From an uncultured bacterium (GTDB lineage: Bacteria; Krumholzibacteriota; Krumholzibacteriia; WVZY01; JAKEHA01), in contig CAZLLI010000004.1 of the NCBI GenBank assembly GCA_964560355.1, positions 799-64,798 of the forward strand: a stretch of DNA of 64,000 bases, given 5' to 3'. Shown here piece by piece: positions 1 through 10,366 of the stretch; the first letter of the stretch is position 1; every line of letters begins with the position of its first letter. Under the pieces are notes generated by a model that ran no database searches, was not told the origin of the DNA, and saw nothing but the letters and a program-made list of their open reading frames with translations. The position numbers and the translations under genes are program-made.

Positions 1-810
<810 letters not shown>

Positions 811-911
811 GAGAGCGCCAGGCGGGTTTGATTCCGTTAGTTGAAAGTGCTAGTTTGCGTAACCAGGAGTGTCGAGAGATCGACACCCGCAACCTCGAGG
901 AGGACTCGAAC

Positions 912-1298
912 ATGAAACGCATCTTGTTGGTAGCGATGGCCGTCGTGTTGGCCATGACCGCGATTGCCTTCGCGGGCGACGAAGCGAAGAAGGCCAAGGC
1001 GGAGCCCATGACGTTCACGGGCGAAGTGCTCGATCTGTACTGCTACATGCAGCATCCCGAGTCGGCCACGGGTATGGACCACGCGAAGTGCGCCCAGGGC
1101 TGCATCTCGAAGGGCCTCCCGATCGGCTTCATCACGACCGACGGCACCGTGTACGTGATCATCGGCAAGGATCACGAGTCGGCGAACTCCACGGTGGCGA
1201 GCTTCGTCGGCAAGAAGTCGACGATCACGGGCTTCGTGAAAGAACAGAAGGGTGTTAAGGCGATCGAGCTCGTGACGATCGCGGACGCGAAGAGCTAG
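912..1298 (+). CDS. Small secreted protein, family not recognised
   Basis: ATG at 912 is preceded by GAGGAGGA (896-903). The N-terminus 'MKRILLVAMAVVLAMTAIAFA' looks like a signal peptide. It lies directly downstream of the metal ATPase gene. Confidence 0.6.
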   Translation: MKRILLVAMAVVLAMTAIAFAGDEAKKAKAEPMTFTGEVLDLYCYMQHPESATGMDHAKCAQGCISKGLPIGFITTDGTVYVIIGKDHESANSTVASFVGKKSTITGFVKEQKGVKAIELVTIADAKS

Positions 1299-1562
1299 GC
1301 GCGCATCCGCGTCGCGACGCGTGTCGAGCGATCGACACCGCGATATCGTCGGCGCGATCGCGCAAGCGATTCCAGCAGAGTCGAATCGACGCGCGCGGCG
1401 GGTCTCGAGGACTCGTCGCGCGCGTTTTGCTTTTTGGCACGTTGCTTCGCTCGACGCTTTCGTTGCACCACTTGCACGATTCGGCGTCGTGGCCCGTTCC
1501 GTGCGTTCGTTCGCCGCGCCGACCAGCTGGGGTGTGTGGGGTGGTTGTTGGGAGGTGGAGTC

Positions 1563-2414
1563 ATGACGGATCTCATGGGTTGGGTTCGACGCGTCGAAAC
1601 GCGTCGCGCGACGGTGTGCATCGCGGTGGCTGCGTGGATGAGCGCCATCGCCGGGTGTGAGGATCGGACGAGCAACGCGGACACCAAGCGACCGCTAGCT
1701 GTCACCGAGTCCGGTATCGACATCATGGAGGTTACTCAGCATCACGATCAGCGGATCGTCGAGGCGGTCGTCGTCGCCGGGGGTGAGGAGAGACAGGTGA
1801 CGTTCGAGCCGTACCTCGACGGTCCGCTGCCATTCGCCGTCGTTTCCAATATCACGACAACCGACGGCGGCTCGGTTCAACTAACCATGGGTCGGGACGA
1901 CGCGTCGGGCGTGACGTATGTCCGGCAGGTCGCCGATGGCGAGTCACTCGAGTTGGTTCGCAGCGTGGTCGGTGAGCGTGTCTTCGAAGATTACACGTGC
2001 AACGGGCGCTTTCTGCACGTCGAGTACAACGTTCTCCCGCCCGTCGTGGTGGACAAGACGATCGCCAAGTATCGCCGCGGTGAGTCGTTCGCGTCGGCGT
2101 CCGCCGACGTCGCCGAGTACGCCGCGCAGCTACAGGCTTTCGAGCAATTCGCGGCGGAATTCCCGCAGACGTTCCTAGTACCAAACCAGGAAGGTGAGCT
2201 CCTGACTCAGCTCATGAGTGATCCCGTCTTCGTGGGCGCCGTGTCCGGGATTCCGAACCCGACCCGACCGGACGAACTGTGTCGCACCTTCACGTTTTGC
2301 ATGGCGCTCGCCTGCAAGATCTTGCCGCACCCGTCCCTCTGCACCGTCTGTACGGCGGGGGCAGCGGCTTGCATGTTCATGGATTGGTTCTGCTACATGT
2401 GGTGCGGCGGCTAA
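1563..2414 (+). CDS. Putative lipoprotein with cysteine-rich hydrophobic C-terminal tail
   Basis: ATG at 1563 follows GGAGGTGGAG. There is a lipobox-like 'AIAGC'. The last 44 residues contain 8 Cys. The upstream part of the 1434 ORF is Arg-rich and unlikely to be coding. Confidence 0.55.
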   Translation: MTDLMGWVRRVETRRATVCIAVAAWMSAIAGCEDRTSNADTKRPLAVTESGIDIMEVTQHHDQRIVEAVVVAGGEERQVTFEPYLDGPLPFAVVSNITTTDGGSVQLTMGRDDASGVTYVRQVADGESLELVRSVVGERVFEDYTCNGRFLHVEYNVLPPVVVDKTIAKYRRGESFASASADVAEYAAQLQAFEQFAAEFPQTFLVPNQEGELLTQLMSDPVFVGAVSGIPNPTRPDELCRTFTFCMALACKILPHPSLCTVCTAGAAACMFMDWFCYMWCGG

Positions 2415-2543
2415 CGAACGAGGGAACGGACGGGCCCATGTCGCGACGGCTCCGGCGGTCAGTTCGACGCCGGGGCCGTCGTCCCGCCGCGCCGCCGCGG
2501 ATTGTGAGTTCGCACGCCGCCCGCGCGCCGCTATACTCCCGGC

Positions 2544-3446
2544 GTGTCTTCGTCCGGCCGTGCCCACCTCTCCGTCATTACCCTCGCCGCACTCGTGCTG
2601 GGCGGCTTCGCCGCGTGGGGACTCCTCGATCATCTCCGCGCTCCCCAATTGACGCCGGAGCTGCGCGGTTACGCCCTCGCCGAAGAGCTCGGGTGCCACG
2701 GCTGCCACGGGCCGCGCGGCACCGGCGGCGTTCACAATCCGCGTGCGGGCGTCGCGCAAACGACCGGCGAAATTCCGGCGTGGGACGGCGGCACCGCGAT
2801 GATGTACGTGAAGAACGAAGACGAGATCCGCGAGTGGATTCTCGACGGACGCCCGTGGCGACTGGTGCTGCGCGACTCGCTCGAAGCGCGCGCGCGCGCC
2901 GACTCCGATTCGGCCTCGCCGTTCCCGGAGCCGGGACGCGTCGACGTGCGGCCGCGGCACCTCGCGGCCAGCGCGCCGCCCGTGCGCATGCCGGCGTATC
3001 GCGGCGTGGTCGACGAACGCCAGCTCGAAGACTTGGTCGCGTACTACAAGGTGGTGGCGGCGTTCGGCGCCGACGTGGACGCGATGCCCGACGACGCCCG
3101 TCGCGGCTACCAGGTCGCGCGCGACACCGGATGCTTCGGCTGTCACGGGCCCGGCGGTCGCCTCGGCGCGAAGAATCCGCGCAGCTTCAAGGGCTACGTC
3201 CCCCCCTGGCACGGCCCCGACTTCGAGGAGTTGGTTCGAAACGAAACCGAATTGCGCGCGTGGATCGAAGACGGCAGCATTGCGCGCATCACCGAGAATC
3301 GTGTCGGGCGCTGGTTCGTGACGCGACAAGTCGTCAAGATGCCCGCGTATCAGGGCGTGCTCCCGGATTCCAGCGTCGACGACGTGGTCGCATACATCAA
3401 CTGGTTGTCGCGCTCGTCCAAGGAAACCGCGCCGGCCCAACCATAG
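2544..3446 (+). CDS. Membrane-anchored di-haem c-type cytochrome
   Basis: It has two CxxCH haem-binding motifs ('CHGCH' and 'CFGCH'), each followed later by 'MPAY(R/Q)GV'. An N-terminal hydrophobic anchor 'VITLAALVLGGFAAWGLL' is present. Confidence 0.75.
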   Translation: MSSSGRAHLSVITLAALVLGGFAAWGLLDHLRAPQLTPELRGYALAEELGCHGCHGPRGTGGVHNPRAGVAQTTGEIPAWDGGTAMMYVKNEDEIREWILDGRPWRLVLRDSLEARARADSDSASPFPEPGRVDVRPRHLAASAPPVRMPAYRGVVDERQLEDLVAYYKVVAAFGADVDAMPDDARRGYQVARDTGCFGCHGPGGRLGAKNPRSFKGYVPPWHGPDFEELVRNETELRAWIEDGSIARITENRVGRWFVTRQVVKMPAYQGVLPDSSVDDVVAYINWLSRSSKETAPAQP

Positions 3447-3538
3447 GACGCCGCCATCGCGGCGGTCGCCGCTTGCGGCCTCCCCCCTGGGTCGCGTAGT
3501 CTTGTTCCGCTCCCAACATCGAACCCGAGGTATTCAAC

Positions 3539-5746
3539 ATGCTCTCTCTCAGAATTCTTCGCGTCCGTTCGTCCGCAGCGGTCGTGGCCGTCGTCGGTTT
3601 GATTGCGCTCGCGGGCGCCGCGCGCGCGGACCTCGACAGCGGCGAATGGCCGCAGGTGCTCAAGGTCAAGCAGGGCAAGATCGTGATCTATCAGCCGCAG
3701 CCCGAGTCGCTGCAGGGCACCATCCTCAAGTCGCGCGCCGCGGTTTCGATCACCCCCAAGGGTAAGGACGAGCCCGTGTTCGGCGCCGTGTGGCTCGACG
3801 CCAAGGTCGACATCCGCAAAGACGACCGCGAGGTGAAGATCGAGGGAATCTCGGTGACGAAGGCGCGCCTCGCCGACGCCAAGCCCGAGCAAGAGGAAGC
3901 GTTCATTCGCATTCTCCAAGAAGAGATCGGCGACTCGCGTTTCACCATCGACTACGACCGCTTGCTCGCGAGTTTGCAGGACGCGGAAGTTTCGAAGAGC
4001 ACCGCGGAAGGACTTCGCAACGCGCCGCCCAAGGTCCTGTTCGAGTTCGAGCCCGCGATCCTCGTCGTTGTCGACGGACAGCCGATTCTGCGCAACATCC
4101 CGGGCACCGAACTCCAGCGCGTCGTCAACACGCCGTCGTACGTCGTGAAGCACCAGGATGCGTTTTGGCTCAACGGCGGCAAGGACTGGTTCACGTCGAA
4201 GTCGATCACGGGCGAATGGAAGCGCGACGGCGCGCCGCGCTCGGTCGAGAAGGCGTTCGAAGACGAGATGGCCGCGACCGGCGCGCAAAGGCCCGAAGAG
4301 CCCAAGGACAAGCGCGTGCCGAAGATCATCGCCGCCACCACGCCCACCGAGCTCATCGTGATCGACGGCGAGACGCAATTCGCCCCGCTGGTGGGAACCG
4401 AGCTTTTGTGTGTGACCAACACCGACAGCGACGTGTTCATGGACGTGCCGTCGCAGAAGTACTACCTCGTGCTCTCGGGTCGCTGGTACCGCAGCAGCAT
4501 GACCGACGGACCGTGGCAGTACGTCCGTTCCGATTCGCTGCCGTCGTACTTCGCGCAAATACCGCCCGGGTCGGACAAGGCGGACGTGCTCCCGTATGTC
4601 GCGGGGACGGCGCAGGCCGAGGACGCCGTGCTCGACGCCCACGTCCCGCAGACCGCCGCCATCGTGCGCGCGCAGGCCACGCTCGACGTGACCTACGACG
4701 GCGAGCCCAAATTCGAATCGATCCCGGGGACGTCGATCGCGCTCGCGCAAAACACCAACAAGACGGTGCTCAAGATTCGCGACGGCTACTATTGCTGCGA
4801 CAACGCGATTTGGTTCGTGTCGAATTCGCCCATGGGACCATGGGTGGTGTGCGACCAGGTGCCGGAAGAAGTGCAAAACATTCCACCCGAAAGCGCCGCG
4901 TACAACACGAAGTACGTCTACGTTTACGAGTCGACGCCCGAAGTCGTGTACGTCGGCTACACGCCCGCTTACATCGGGTGCTATCCATACTATGGCTCGG
5001 TCGTGTACGGAACCGGCTGGTACTATCCTCCCTACGTGAGTCCTCACTACTACTACCCGCGTCCGTGCACGTGGGGATTCCACATGAGCTACAACTCGTA
5101 CTCCGGGTGGAGTTTCGGCATGAGCTGGAGCACGGGGTGGGGAAGCGTGTCGGTCGGCTTCGGTGGTTACGGCGGCTACCCCGGTTACGGCGGCGGTTGG
5201 TGGGGACCGCCGGGCTATCGCCCGATTCCGCCCGGCGGGCGCCCGGGCTACGGCGGGGGAGGCGGACGCGTCGACCATCATGGTCGCGACAACATGTACA
5301 ACCGTCCGTCGACGCAGCCCGCGGTCGCCGATCGCGCAACGCGCGATCGCAATTCACCGGGCGCGTCGCGCGAACGTCCGACCGCGTCGACGCGCGACGC
5401 GCAGCCCGCGCGCGGAACCGCGAACAACGTCTACACCGACAAGAACGGCAATGTGATGCGGCGCGAAAACGACGGCTCGTGGTCGCAGCGCCAGAACGGC
5501 AATTGGCAGCCGCAGAGCAAGGACGCCGCCACGCGCCCGTCGACGCAGCCCGGCGCCGGGGCGAATCGTCCCAGCACGCAACCCGCGACCGGACAGACGC
5601 GGCCGTCGCAGGGGAACACGCAGCAGCTCAATCGGGATTATCAGAACCGCCAGCGCGGGAACTACAACAGCAACCAGTACCGATCGCAATCGCGGCCGTC
5701 GTCGCGGCCGGCCGGGCGCAGCGGTGGCGGAGGGCGCCGGCGCTAG
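3539..5746 (+). CDS. Secreted protein with Gly/Tyr-rich and Gln/Asn/Arg-rich low-complexity C-terminus
   Basis: A signal-like N-terminus 'AAVVAVVGLIALAGAARA' precedes about 480 aa of globular-looking sequence. This is followed by a Y/G/W/P-rich segment and a polar tail with three 'RPSTQP' repeats. Confidence 0.65.
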   Translation: MLSLRILRVRSSAAVVAVVGLIALAGAARADLDSGEWPQVLKVKQGKIVIYQPQPESLQGTILKSRAAVSITPKGKDEPVFGAVWLDAKVDIRKDDREVKIEGISVTKARLADAKPEQEEAFIRILQEEIGDSRFTIDYDRLLASLQDAEVSKSTAEGLRNAPPKVLFEFEPAILVVVDGQPILRNIPGTELQRVVNTPSYVVKHQDAFWLNGGKDWFTSKSITGEWKRDGAPRSVEKAFEDEMAATGAQRPEEPKDKRVPKIIAATTPTELIVIDGETQFAPLVGTELLCVTNTDSDVFMDVPSQKYYLVLSGRWYRSSMTDGPWQYVRSDSLPSYFAQIPPGSDKADVLPYVAGTAQAEDAVLDAHVPQTAAIVRAQATLDVTYDGEPKFESIPGTSIALAQNTNKTVLKIRDGYYCCDNAIWFVSNSPMGPWVVCDQVPEEVQNIPPESAAYNTKYVYVYESTPEVVYVGYTPAYIGCYPYYGSVVYGTGWYYPPYVSPHYYYPRPCTWGFHMSYNSYSGWSFGMSWSTGWGSVSVGFGGYGGYPGYGGGWWGPPGYRPIPPGGRPGYGGGGGRVDHHGRDNMYNRPSTQPAVADRATRDRNSPGASRERPTASTRDAQPARGTANNVYTDKNGNVMRRENDGSWSQRQNGNWQPQSKDAATRPSTQPGAGANRPSTQPATGQTRPSQGNTQQLNRDYQNRQRGNYNSNQYRSQSRPSSRPAGRSGGGGRRR

Positions 5747-5753
5747 GGCGGCG

Positions 5754-6407
5754 CTACTTGTTCACGATGACGCCGCTCTTGCGCAGCTCGGGCAGCACGA
5801 GCTGCGTGACTTCGCGGCGAATCTGTTCCGAACTGGTGGGGTCGACGGTCTCCGTCGTCCCCGTCCACACCAGCGTGCCGCCGCGGTCGGTGCTCCATAC
5901 GTCGATGCGAATGCGCACGACTTCGTCGCGCTCGACGTAGCCCGGCTGGTAGATGGTCTGGTACGCGGGATAGTAGTAACTCCCCCAGTAACCGTACGGG
6001 CTGTACCCGTAGCCGTACCCGCCGTAGTACGGACCCGGCACCGCGGTCACGTAGCCCGGCACGTAGGTGTCGCGCGTCTCCGTGCCCAACGGAATGACTA
6101 CCAGCACGCCGTTGTAGCCGTCGCGCTTCACCACGTCGACCACCTGCTGCGTGTCGGGGAGTGCCGACGGAAATTCGCGGTACGACGCGGTCGCCGTCAA
6201 CTTGACCCGCGTCAGCTCACTGACCACCGAATCTTCGATGAAGCGACGACGCCCTTCGTCGGTTCGAAATCCCACCACGAACATCTTGTCGATCGGCTTC
6301 TGCGGGTACTGCGGATCCTTCCACATGTTGGCGATGCGCGAGCTCGAGCACGCGCCCAGCAACGTCGCCAGCGCGACGACAACAAGGCCGATTCTTCGCT
6401 GCTTCAT
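5754..6407 (-). CDS. Lipoprotein (paralogue of 9676-10305)
   Basis: The lipobox is 'LLGACSS'. It shares blocks with the 9676 gene, such as 'NMW.D', 'LPD(T/S)QQV', 'LVWTG.TT..VDPT' and 'LVLPELRK / VVPELQKRK'. Confidence 0.7.
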   Translation of the reverse strand: MKQRRIGLVVVALATLLGACSSSRIANMWKDPQYPQKPIDKMFVVGFRTDEGRRRFIEDSVVSELTRVKLTATASYREFPSALPDTQQVVDVVKRDGYNGVLVVIPLGTETRDTYVPGYVTAVPGPYYGGYGYGYSPYGYWGSYYYPAYQTIYQPGYVERDEVVRIRIDVWSTDRGGTLVWTGTTETVDPTSSEQIRREVTQLVLPELRKSGVIVNK

Positions 6408-6558
6408 GGCTTACTCCTTCGAGAGTCGGTGGCCGGCTCATTCTAGCAAGCCCGTCGTCGAGCCTCAAGCGCGCCACTCGAGTCGGCGCTTGCCGTCGCG
6501 GTTGCGCTCGCGTACTCTAGTGCGCGGTTGCGTTCACTGCCGGAGGATTCGAAGTCGC

Positions 6559-8688
6559 ATGAATACACACAGTCGAACTCTCGCGCCGTGGTCGTTGGTT
6601 CTTGCCGCGGTTTGTACCTTGTTCGCCACGACGGTTTCCGCCGCCGAAGATCCGCCCGGCTCGCACCGCGATTGGGGCGTCAGCTGGAAGATTCGCGCGG
6701 GCGGAGCGGGCGGCGGGTACGGTGATTTTCTGCACAAGGGCACCGCGTGGGACCTCGACATCTTCAAGCAGCGCGGCGACTGGCGCTATGGCGTCGGTTT
6801 GATGTTCGGGTCGCTGAGTTACAGCTCGCCGTACGACGCTTCCGGTCAGCCGGAGTGGGCGCACTTCGAGACGTTCGCGTACGCGCAGCGCATGTTTCGC
6901 GACAACGAGACACTGCGCCCCTACCTGCAGGGACGCGTCGGCATCGCGCGCGTGCACCCGCGCTCGACGCACGACCCGGAAGATTCTTGGTTCTTGAAGG
7001 AGCCGGCCGACGAGCTCGACCCCGGCGAGAGCGCGACCGACGCCGTCAACGGCATCGGCCTGAGTTTCATCCCCGGCGTGGAGTTCGACCTCACGAACTC
7101 CATCGCCCTCGATCTTTCGGCCTATGTCAATTTCTTCCTGACCGACAAGTACGCGCTGCAGGACTACCTGGGCAATCGTCCCGTCGACCACGAGGACACC
7201 GGCACCGGCGTCGAGTGGGGCACTCGCGTGGGGGTGACGTGGCGGCCGCTTTCGTTCGACCGGCCGGTGCCGATGCGCACCGCGTCACCCGACACGACGC
7301 CGCTCGATCCGCCCAGCAAATTCAAGGACGCGTGGGACGTCACCGTGAGCCCGGGCTGGGCCGCGGCGGAAGTGCTCGCGATCAACTTCGGCGCGTCGAT
7401 GTTCAACGAGTACGTGCGCCAGGCCAACTTCAACCAGATCAGCCCGCGCAGCTTCTGGGCCAATATCGAAGATGGCTTCGAGTACGACGACAACAAGTTC
7501 AAGACCAACCAGCTGATCCATCCGTTCAACGGCAGCACGTATTACAACGGCGCGCGCGCCAATGGACTTTCCTACTGGCCGTCGACGATCTTCGCGCTCA
7601 CGGGCGCCTTCATCTGGGAAGCGATGGGCGAGACGCACCCGATGTCGTACAACGACATGATCTCGACCGGTATCGGCGGCATCGCATTCGGCGAAGCGAC
7701 GTACCGCATTTCGTCGAGCATTCTGGACAACCGCGGCACCGGCAGCGGCCGCGTGTGGCGCGAGATCGGCGCCTTCTTGGTCGACCCGGTGCGCGGCTTC
7801 AACCGCTTCTTGTCGGGACAGGCGACGCGCGTCAGCGGCAATCCCGAGAGCCCCTACGACTGGCGTCCGCTCTATTACAACGACGGTTTCAGCGCCGGCG
7901 TGCGCACGATCGGCAAGGGGGAATCGATTCACGACAGCACGCAGACGCAAGCCTACGTTCAGATCAACCTGAACCACGGCAGCCCGTGGGACAACTCGCG
8001 CCGCAAGCCTTTCGACCATTTCGATTTCGCCGCGCAATTCAACGGCGACGACAAAGTGCCGCTGGGACGCTTGCAGATTCGCGGCGACTTGTTCTCGAAG
8101 TCACTCGGCGAGCGCAAGAACCATGCGATCGCGTTCGTGCAGTACTTCGACTACGTCAACAACAACGCGTACGAATTCGGCGGGCAGAGCTTCGGCGGCG
8201 CGTTCTACTCGCGCTTCCGCACCGAATCGAAGCTGCGCATTCAAACCCGCCTCGACTTGGCCCTGATGCTCCTCGGCGGCGTGAACTCGGACTACGCGTA
8301 CGTGGTGGTGACGCCGGAGCAGGAACGCCCGCGCGAGTACGACTACGGCGACGGCGGCGGCGCGTCGTTGGAAGTGCAGGCGAGCTACAACCAGCGCGTC
8401 TTCGTGAACATGTTCTACCGGGGACAAATGATTCACGTGACCAACGGGTCGATCTACAACGGCGACAGCGGCGTGAACTACAAGGCGGAACATTTCGTGG
8501 AGGCGACCGGAATCGGGGTGCAAGTTCCTCTGCGCAGCGTCATGAGCGTCGGCGTCGACGGCATCGTGTTCTTGCGCCAGAGCCACTTCGACAATCCGGA
8601 GTTCATCGACCGCGATCTTCGCGTGCCGCAGGTGCGCATGTACCTCGCGTGGTCGCCGAGCCGCGGGACGACGGGTCCTTCGCAGTAG
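6559..8688 (+). CDS. Secreted/outer-membrane-associated protein, DUF3943-like central region
   Basis: ATG at 6559 is in frame with the 6151 ORF. The signal peptide is 'LAPWSLVLAAVCTLFATTVSA'. The segment 'HPFNGSTYYNGARANG...WEAMGETHPMSYNDMISTGIGGIAFGE' matches my recollection of DUF3943, which I have not verified. Confidence 0.55.
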   Translation: MNTHSRTLAPWSLVLAAVCTLFATTVSAAEDPPGSHRDWGVSWKIRAGGAGGGYGDFLHKGTAWDLDIFKQRGDWRYGVGLMFGSLSYSSPYDASGQPEWAHFETFAYAQRMFRDNETLRPYLQGRVGIARVHPRSTHDPEDSWFLKEPADELDPGESATDAVNGIGLSFIPGVEFDLTNSIALDLSAYVNFFLTDKYALQDYLGNRPVDHEDTGTGVEWGTRVGVTWRPLSFDRPVPMRTASPDTTPLDPPSKFKDAWDVTVSPGWAAAEVLAINFGASMFNEYVRQANFNQISPRSFWANIEDGFEYDDNKFKTNQLIHPFNGSTYYNGARANGLSYWPSTIFALTGAFIWEAMGETHPMSYNDMISTGIGGIAFGEATYRISSSILDNRGTGSGRVWREIGAFLVDPVRGFNRFLSGQATRVSGNPESPYDWRPLYYNDGFSAGVRTIGKGESIHDSTQTQAYVQINLNHGSPWDNSRRKPFDHFDFAAQFNGDDKVPLGRLQIRGDLFSKSLGERKNHAIAFVQYFDYVNNNAYEFGGQSFGGAFYSRFRTESKLRIQTRLDLALMLLGGVNSDYAYVVVTPEQERPREYDYGDGGGASLEVQASYNQRVFVNMFYRGQMIHVTNGSIYNGDSGVNYKAEHFVEATGIGVQVPLRSVMSVGVDGIVFLRQSHFDNPEFIDRDLRVPQVRMYLAWSPSRGTTGPSQ

Positions 8689-8984
8689 CCTTGCGCTCCG
8701 GTGACCCCGCCGGCGCAAAATGATGCAATCGCATCATGGCGCGCGCGCGAAAATCGGTCCAAATTAGGACCGTGAGACGAGGAGATCGTCGGAAAAGCAG
8801 GTCGAGTACCTGAATGACGATCGGTTAATAACCTCACCTAGGCCCGCACCGTCGGGCCGATCTCGACCGATGGGGTCGATTTCCAGACCCCGGCCCGGGA
8901 TTCCTTGCACCAGACGTGGCGCCGGATTGCAATGATTCCACGCAGCCGGCGCCACGTGCTATTATCTTGCCGGCCGCACGTGCC

Positions 8985-9692
8985 ATGCGTGCTATCGACT
9001 CCCACATGGTCCCGGTCGGCGCTCCGATTCCGCTCTGGGTGGAATCGATCGGCGTCGCGGTCTGGATCACCGACTCGCGCGGTCGCATTCGCTACATCAA
9101 TCGCCGCGCCGAGGCGCTCTTCGGCCACTCCCTCGATGATTGGTTCGACCGGCCCTGCCACCTCGTGGTGGCGGGACACACGCGTACGGGTCCGTTCTGC
9201 GGGCCGCGCTGCCGCGTGCGCGCGCAAGCGCAGGCGCACTCCGAGATCGAGCCGGTGCGGATGGAGATCACCGCGCACGACGGCGAGCGCACGGAGGTGT
9301 GCGTGGTCGTGATCGCGGCCGACTCTCCGATGGGAACATTGCTCGTGCACATGGTGGTCGACGACGAGCGCGAGCGCCTCATTCGCGGCTACCTGGAGAA
9401 GGTGGTGGGACGGGGCGGGAGCGCGAGCGTCGAACCCAAGCCGTCGCGCAAGCCGGCGTCGAGGCCGGCGCTGTCACGACGCGAGCGCGAAGTGCTAGCA
9501 CTCCTCGCCGCGGACGCCAACCTGCACGAGATCGCGGACCGGTTGTCGATCAGCCACACCACCGTGCGCAACCACGTGCAGCACATCCTTTCCAAGCTCG
9601 GCGTGCACTCGATCTTGGAGGCGGTGGCGGTGTGGCTGGTGGACGCGCGTCCCCGGCCCGCGGCCCGCTCGCGCGCTAATCCTTCAGAATAA
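8985..9692 (+). CDS. LuxR-family transcriptional regulator with N-terminal PAS-like sensor
   Basis: The C-terminal HTH is 'LSRREREVLALLAADANLHEIADRLSISHTTVRNHVQHILSKLGV'. The N-terminal 'VWITDSRGRIRYINRRAEALFG' is PAS-like. The start is ambiguous between 8916 and 8985. Confidence 0.8.
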   Translation: MRAIDSHMVPVGAPIPLWVESIGVAVWITDSRGRIRYINRRAEALFGHSLDDWFDRPCHLVVAGHTRTGPFCGPRCRVRAQAQAHSEIEPVRMEITAHDGERTEVCVVVIAADSPMGTLLVHMVVDDERERLIRGYLEKVVGRGGSASVEPKPSRKPASRPALSRREREVLALLAADANLHEIADRLSISHTTVRNHVQHILSKLGVHSILEAVAVWLVDARPRPAARSRANPSE

Positions 9693-10305
9693 CCTTGCGC
9701 TTCTGCAGCTCGGGCACGACCTGACCGGCGACTTCGGTGCGCAGCTTGTCCGCGTTGGTCGGGTCGACGGGTGTGGTCTGTCCGGTCCACACCAAATGGC
9801 CGTCGGCGCGCGCGAGGTCGAGCTGGAAGCGCACTTCCTGGTCCTTCTTGTCTTCGGGCACCTTCTGCTGCGCACCGTTCCACGCGACCGTGTAACCGCG
9901 CTGCCAGTAGTTGGTCGACGCCGCCGGCGCGGTGTCGCGATAGCCGCCGTCGGGTCCCGCGTTGGTGACGACGTTGAGCCGGTGCGTCACCAGGGCGGCG
10001 TCGTGCTTGTCGCGCTGCATCACCACCGCGACTTGCTGCGAGTCGGGGAGATCGGCGGGGAAGAGCTGGTACGACTGGCGCGCGAGCAGCCCTTGGGCCT
10101 GGAATTCCGCGGCGAGCGCGTCCTCCCAGAATCGCCTCATGTCCGGATCGCGATCGAGCGCGATGACGAGCACGTTGTCGATGCTGGACGTCTTCGCCGT
10201 TTCGTCCACCCACATGTTGGTCATGTTGGTGCTGGAGCAGGCGGAGAACATCGCGGCCGCGACGAGCGCGAACGAGATCAATCGAGGAAAACGAGTAGCA
10301 CGCAT
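9676..10305 (-). CDS. Lipoprotein (paralogue of 5754-6407)
   Basis: ATG at 10305 is preceded on the minus strand by AGGAGG. The lipobox is 'MFSACSS'. See the paralogue for the shared motifs. Confidence 0.7.
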   Translation of the reverse strand: MRATRFPRLISFALVAAAMFSACSSTNMTNMWVDETAKTSSIDNVLVIALDRDPDMRRFWEDALAAEFQAQGLLARQSYQLFPADLPDSQQVAVVMQRDKHDAALVTHRLNVVTNAGPDGGYRDTAPAASTNYWQRGYTVAWNGAQQKVPEDKKDQEVRFQLDLARADGHLVWTGQTTPVDPTNADKLRTEVAGQVVPELQKRKVILKD

Positions 10306-10366
10306 GGGACCCCTCCTGGTTGCGACCAGGATAGCGGGCGCGGGCGCGCTTCTCAAGCCCCAACGA

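Noticed and set aside
3350-5281. A 643-aa minus-strand ORF antisense to the 3539-5746 gene. Similar long mirror ORFs occur at 11787-14102 (-), 9962-11749 (+), 18810-20954 (+), 21269-24073 (-), 28683-30341 (+), 41105-42751 (+) and 48260-50353 (+).
   Set aside because: They are extremely Arg/Ala/Gly/His-rich with no motifs. Each lies opposite a gene with clear family signatures. Stop-free antisense frames are a typical artefact of high-GC DNA.
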